Origin: Lytechinus pictus
Taxonomy: Eukaryota
Direction of reading: 5' to 3'
Assembly (NCBI RefSeq): GCF_037042905.1
Contig: NC_087246.1
Location: forward strand, 36,518,001 to 36,582,000
Length of the DNA stretch: 64,000 nucleotides
The notes under the pieces were generated by a model. That model was given only the letters and a program-made list of their open reading frames with translations, ran no database searches and was not told where the DNA came from. A program made the translations under genes and the position numbers. Below are positions 60,324-64,000 of this stretch, one piece after another. Positions within the stretch are counted from its first letter, which is position 1, and every line of letters begins with the position of its first letter.

Positions 60324-61767
60324 CTTTGTCATTTTTATCTTTTTCATCATTATGATTATGATCATTATTGATATCATTTATAATAATAAAAGTAATTAAG
60401 GTTTGTTTTTATTGTGAGAATTCATCTTTTAATAATTAGTACAGAACTGATGAAGTTCAAACAGGCCATATGATGTCTGTTTTAAGCCCTCCTGTGACTG
60501 CTTTCCATTCTTCCCGTTTTCTTTCTACCAGGGTGCCGATTATGTCATTGCGCTAACACACATGCGATTACCCAATGACATCAGACTGGCATCAGAAACC
60601 TCAGCCATCGATCTCATCTTAGCTGGTCATGATCATGATTACAGCTTACAGAAGGTAGGACATGCCTCACAAACATTAATCTATGATATGGTATCAATTG
60701 GCTGTTTATTTTTAGGATTAATTTCTATTTTCTTACAACATACAAATGTCCCCACATATAAATGGAAAATGTAGGCCTAAAATGTAAATGTTAATAAAAT
60801 ATGAGGTAAAGGAGTTTTTATTACCAGTTTTTTTTCTGGACTGCTTAGAAGTTTAACTGAGATTTAACAGTGTGCACATCTCATGCTTGAGTAAACCCCA
60901 AATTTCAAACATTGTTTTCTCCTTATATTTTATGCTCTCACTGAATTTCTTTTACATTCTATCAAGAACTTGTATGTGTTATTATTGATCATTTCTCTAA
61001 GTTATATGCCATTTTAAAGCTTATGATGTGCTTTCTCAAGCTCAATGAATACTCCAAATGTGATTTTGGGCAACTACATTGTTGGTTCTGGGGTGGCAAG
61101 TCACAAATAAAATATGGACCAAAGTGGTTTAGCCCAAATAAACATAGACACCGTTCTCACTACCTTCCTAAAACTAGTTTACTGGAAACTGGTTTAGTGG
61201 AAACTACATGTAGTTTAATGTGTAGTGAGAACGGTCGAAGCGATCTTGGAAGCGATCTTCCAAACTGGTTTCCTGAATCGGTTTCCCGTAAACTAGTTTT
61301 AGAAAGCGTAATGAGAACAGCATCATAGTCCATCTGGCATTTACATCAAGTAGTCAATAGAGAGAGAATTTGTTGGGACGATATCACAAAATAAGCAGAT
61401 TGGCTCAAAACGGAAAATCATGGAAGGATCATGAAGAGGGCTACATCCAACTGTGGATGAACTCTGCCTGGTGAGGTGAGGTCAATAGACCTGGCAATTA
61501 GACCAACTGAATTATTTGACAAGGGGGTTTATCTCAAGTGAACAAAGCTCATCTGGAAATTAGACTAAGTGATTTTAGACAAGCCATTTTGAACTCTATA
61601 GGTGAATGGAACGTACATAGTAAAGAGTGGCTCAGACTTCAAGAGCTTGTCCATCATAACCCTGGAGTTCACACCTCATGACATCAACATCAACATCGAG
61701 AAGGTCGTCATCGACCAGGAGGTGGTAGAGGATGATGAGATGAAGGTGATCGTCGACCGGTACGGAG
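46930..61767 (+). CDS. 5'-nucleotidase/apyrase-family metallophosphoesterase (CG11883-like), N-terminal catalytic domain; gene continues past the window
   Basis: In-phase GT-AG exons: 51537-51690 (VLTIIHFNDVYNIE...GGAARF...LFSGDCLNPS), 56582-56668 (TKGEHMV...YGNHDF), 56915-57054 (DFG...FPWLLSNV), 59507-59632 (IGLIGLVEEEW), 60532-60654 (VIALTHMR...DLILAGHDH) and 61602-61767 (IVKSGSDF). The first exon 46930-46974 (MMNKLRAGEDMNCTE|gtaagt) is a less certain candidate that fits phase 0. Confidence 0.9.
48960..49860 (-). mobile_element. Decayed LINE reverse-transcriptase fragment (CR1/L2 superclade-like)
   Basis: Minus-strand AGVPKGTKLGPILFLIMFND (near 49800), a degenerate YVD motif, and ILGVYIQSNLKWDKQI; many frameshifts. 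Confidence 0.72.
50000..51169 (+). mobile_element. Helentron-associated (HINE/DINE-1-like) element with seven 150-160-bp tandem units
   Basis: (GTCY)n microsatellite near the 5' end; units start near 50039, 50195, 50345, 50491, 50650, 50807 and 50959; 3' hairpin GGCGGGCGTA-TTA-TGTGCTCGCC followed by CTTGTT. Confidence 0.75.
51945..53152. mobile_element. 1.2-kb non-autonomous DNA transposon with 4-bp TSD, superfamily unassigned
   Basis: TIR CAGCCATTCCAT/ATGGAATGGCTG; TSD ACAA; internal GTCACGCAAGTCAC-like motifs. Confidence 0.75.
55712..55985. repeat. 15-bp minisatellite (TGCCATTTTTACCTC)n
   Basis: About 18 tandem degenerate copies; explains spurious ORFs 55617-56014. Confidence 0.9.
57824..57958. 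mobile_element. Harbinger-like MITE
   Basis: GGGAGCATTTCAT/ATGAAACGCTCCC termini; related fragments at 57140-57360. Confidence 0.6.
59957..60180. other. Assembly gap (224 N)
   Basis: Run of N inside a nucleotidase intron, next to an (AGT)n microsatellite at about 60252-60323 and a duplicated flank. Confidence 0.99.
61147..61324. mobile_element. Harbinger-like MITE
   Basis: GTTCTCACTACCTTCCTAAAACTAGTTTAC/GTAAACTAGTTTTAGAAAGCGTAATGAGAAC inverted ends; ATA flanks. Confidence 0.65.
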
Positions 61768-62990
61768 GTAATGTTACCTTTTAAAATGCCAATCAATGGT
61801 GATGATGATGACTGGTGGTGGTGATGGTGATGATGATTGTTATGGTGATAAATGATGATGATGGTGTGATGGTAATGATGATGATGATTATGATGAAGGT
61901 GGTTATGGTGGTGGTGGTGGTTATGATGATGATTGTCACAGATATGTAGGTGAATTCATTTTATATGGCGATACACAAATAAAAATTCATTCAGAAATTG
62001 AAAAGTTAGATTAGATTTTGATTCAAGTAGACAAATCGTCTTTAACTTGTATTCAAATCAACATAATTAAAGCAAATTTATAGATAATATACATAATTTG
62101 ACAACAGTAATCCTAAATATAGAAAATTATTGGAAAGCTTGGTTGTGTACTTCTGAGGGTCTTCACTCCATAGCAGACTATTAAATTCAAATTTCATATG
62201 AAAATTCCATAGTGATGATCTTAACTATAATTAAAGTATTATAAATAACTGACCAGTTCTCATGTTCTTGGTTCTTGTAAACCATGAATCAAATTGTCGT
62301 TCTGAGTCGCTGTATGTAGCTGGTCCTCGTAGATGGTAGACTATGTGTATCCAATGATCGAGTCCTTGTCCTATGCCTTCGATCACAGCCAATATCTCCC
62401 TGGATAACAATCCTTTGATGACGGCTTAAAAAGCCAACCTATATATATATATATATACAGAGGTTTTTCTGTCTATAGGAGATCCCGTTGCCTGCCGCCT
62501 CCTGAAATGATCATGTCAACTGCCGACAATCTGCTCACTCTAGCTCCATAAACAGCAAGAGAGTTGGCAAGAAATAAATGGGGAAAATATACGCTTTCAT
62601 ACGCACATCCAGTTTCCCTCTCTCTGGCAGTCAGACTCCTTTCCCTTGGGTAGGCAAAACAGTAGGCCTACTTTCTCCACAAGCGGCGAGAATTGCTTCT
62701 GTCTACATTCGCTCTCTCTCCCTTTCACCAAACATGAAATTACGCCACCAATAACAAATGTGACAAATCACGTTCCTGTCATCAAACTACATGACCACTT
62801 ATCTTTTGCTCTCACGTAATTACCCTGTAGCAAAAAAAAAAGCAAACATTCAATTGAGTGGAATAAAAGAAATTCGCGCGATTACTGCAACAAAGCGCTC
62901 GCCTATTAAAAGCGGTTCTCTTATAATATAAGAGAACAGATATTTGATGCATTCAAAAACTGCATCAAATTGCCTGGTAATTAGTGAGAA

Positions 62991-63021
<31 letters not shown>

Positions 63022-63505
63022 TATGTTAGATAGCAATACACATAATACACACAATTAAATACACTTATACTCATGTACATACATGTAATATACAATATGA
63101 ACAAAACAGTAAGTTACAGAACATCAACACTAAATCAACACGTCTTACATTTACTTTTACAATCACAATCAACATAATCGTTAATTGAAGTGTTCACTGA
63201 CCCTAATCATAATAATAATCATAATTCAATATAAACATGTAGTTCAACATTTTTCCTCCTTATGCCTCCAGGGTAAAATGATCCGTTTTCCATGACGCTT
63301 TTAATTACAACCATTTGTTTATTTGTATGTTATTTATTTAATCGTAGTAGTATTCGTATTCGTACTTGTGATGCTTTTATCAATAGCAGTACTGGTTTTT
63401 ATAGTAGTTTTTATAGTAGTATGATTAGTCTTAATGTATCCATGCATACCAATACATCTCTTTTATATTAAAAAAACGTAATTAAACTCAAGCGTATCCT
63501 TCTCT

Positions 63506-64000
63506 ATGAACAGTCTTGATACAGAACTTGAAAATGATATTCTGGAGTCTCATCCAGTAGGAGATTGCCGATATTACTTGCCAAATGAATATAATAGCAA
63601 CATAAACTTCCGCCATAATGAATTAACCCTTTTACATATGAATATCCGAAGCTTATCACGTAATTACGATAAACTATTGAATCTCACACACTCCCTCCAA
63701 AATCCATTTTCTGTCATAGGAATCACCGAATCGTGGCTTCATATCAAGTCTCCCCCAATCTTTAATTTAGATGGTTATGATTTCTTACGATGCGATCGTG
63801 TACGCGGGAAAGGAGGGGGCGTAGCCCTTTACATTACAAAACAAATAACCTATAAAAAAATTGACATACCTTTCTCTCCAATATTCCAGACAATATTTTT
63901 AGAAATTGAAAATGCTTCAAACAAAAACATTATTATTGGTTTATCGTACCGACCCCCTAACGAGTCTCTGGATGCTTACATTCAATATATGGAATCTTGT
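63506..64000 (+). mobile_element. Start of a LINE ORF2 (APE endonuclease; L2/Crack/CR1-like), open to the window edge
   Basis: Uninterrupted frame MNSLDTE...DCRYY...LLHMNIRSL...VIGITESWL...DRVRGKGGGVALYI...IIIGLSYRPP; missing from the ORF track because it has no stop in the window. Confidence 0.88.

Noticed and set aside
59867-60377. ORFs spanning poly-X
   Set aside because: Caused by the N gap and the (AGT)n repeat.

Overview
AT-rich, intron- and repeat-rich animal DNA. The repeat types suggest a marine deuterostome such as a sea urchin (inference); this is not prokaryotic sequence. The window holds a tandem cluster of four ER-type UDP-glycosyltransferase (UGT) genes. One is on + with only its last two exons visible (1547-4454). 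Three are complete five-coding-exon genes on - (9905-13969, 27517-31852, 35314-41360). A multi-exon 5'-nucleotidase/calcineurin-like metallophosphoesterase gene is transcribed divergently from the cluster (about 46930 to beyond 61767, continuing past the window). Introns and intergenic DNA are full of mobile elements: a nearly full-length I-clade/Nimb-like LINE with RNase H, split by two DNA-transposon insertions; L2/CR1-type LINE pieces; tRNA-derived SINEs; a Helentron-associated tandem-repeat element; and many MITEs with readable TSDs. The most unusual item is a 603-bp TSD-flanked intronic insertion made of two perfect 276-bp inverted arms, each carrying a minimal hammerhead ribozyme motif (Penelope-like/retrozyme-type). 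A second family member lies at about 8.9-9.2 kb. All calls come from reading the sequence by eye; no searches were run.
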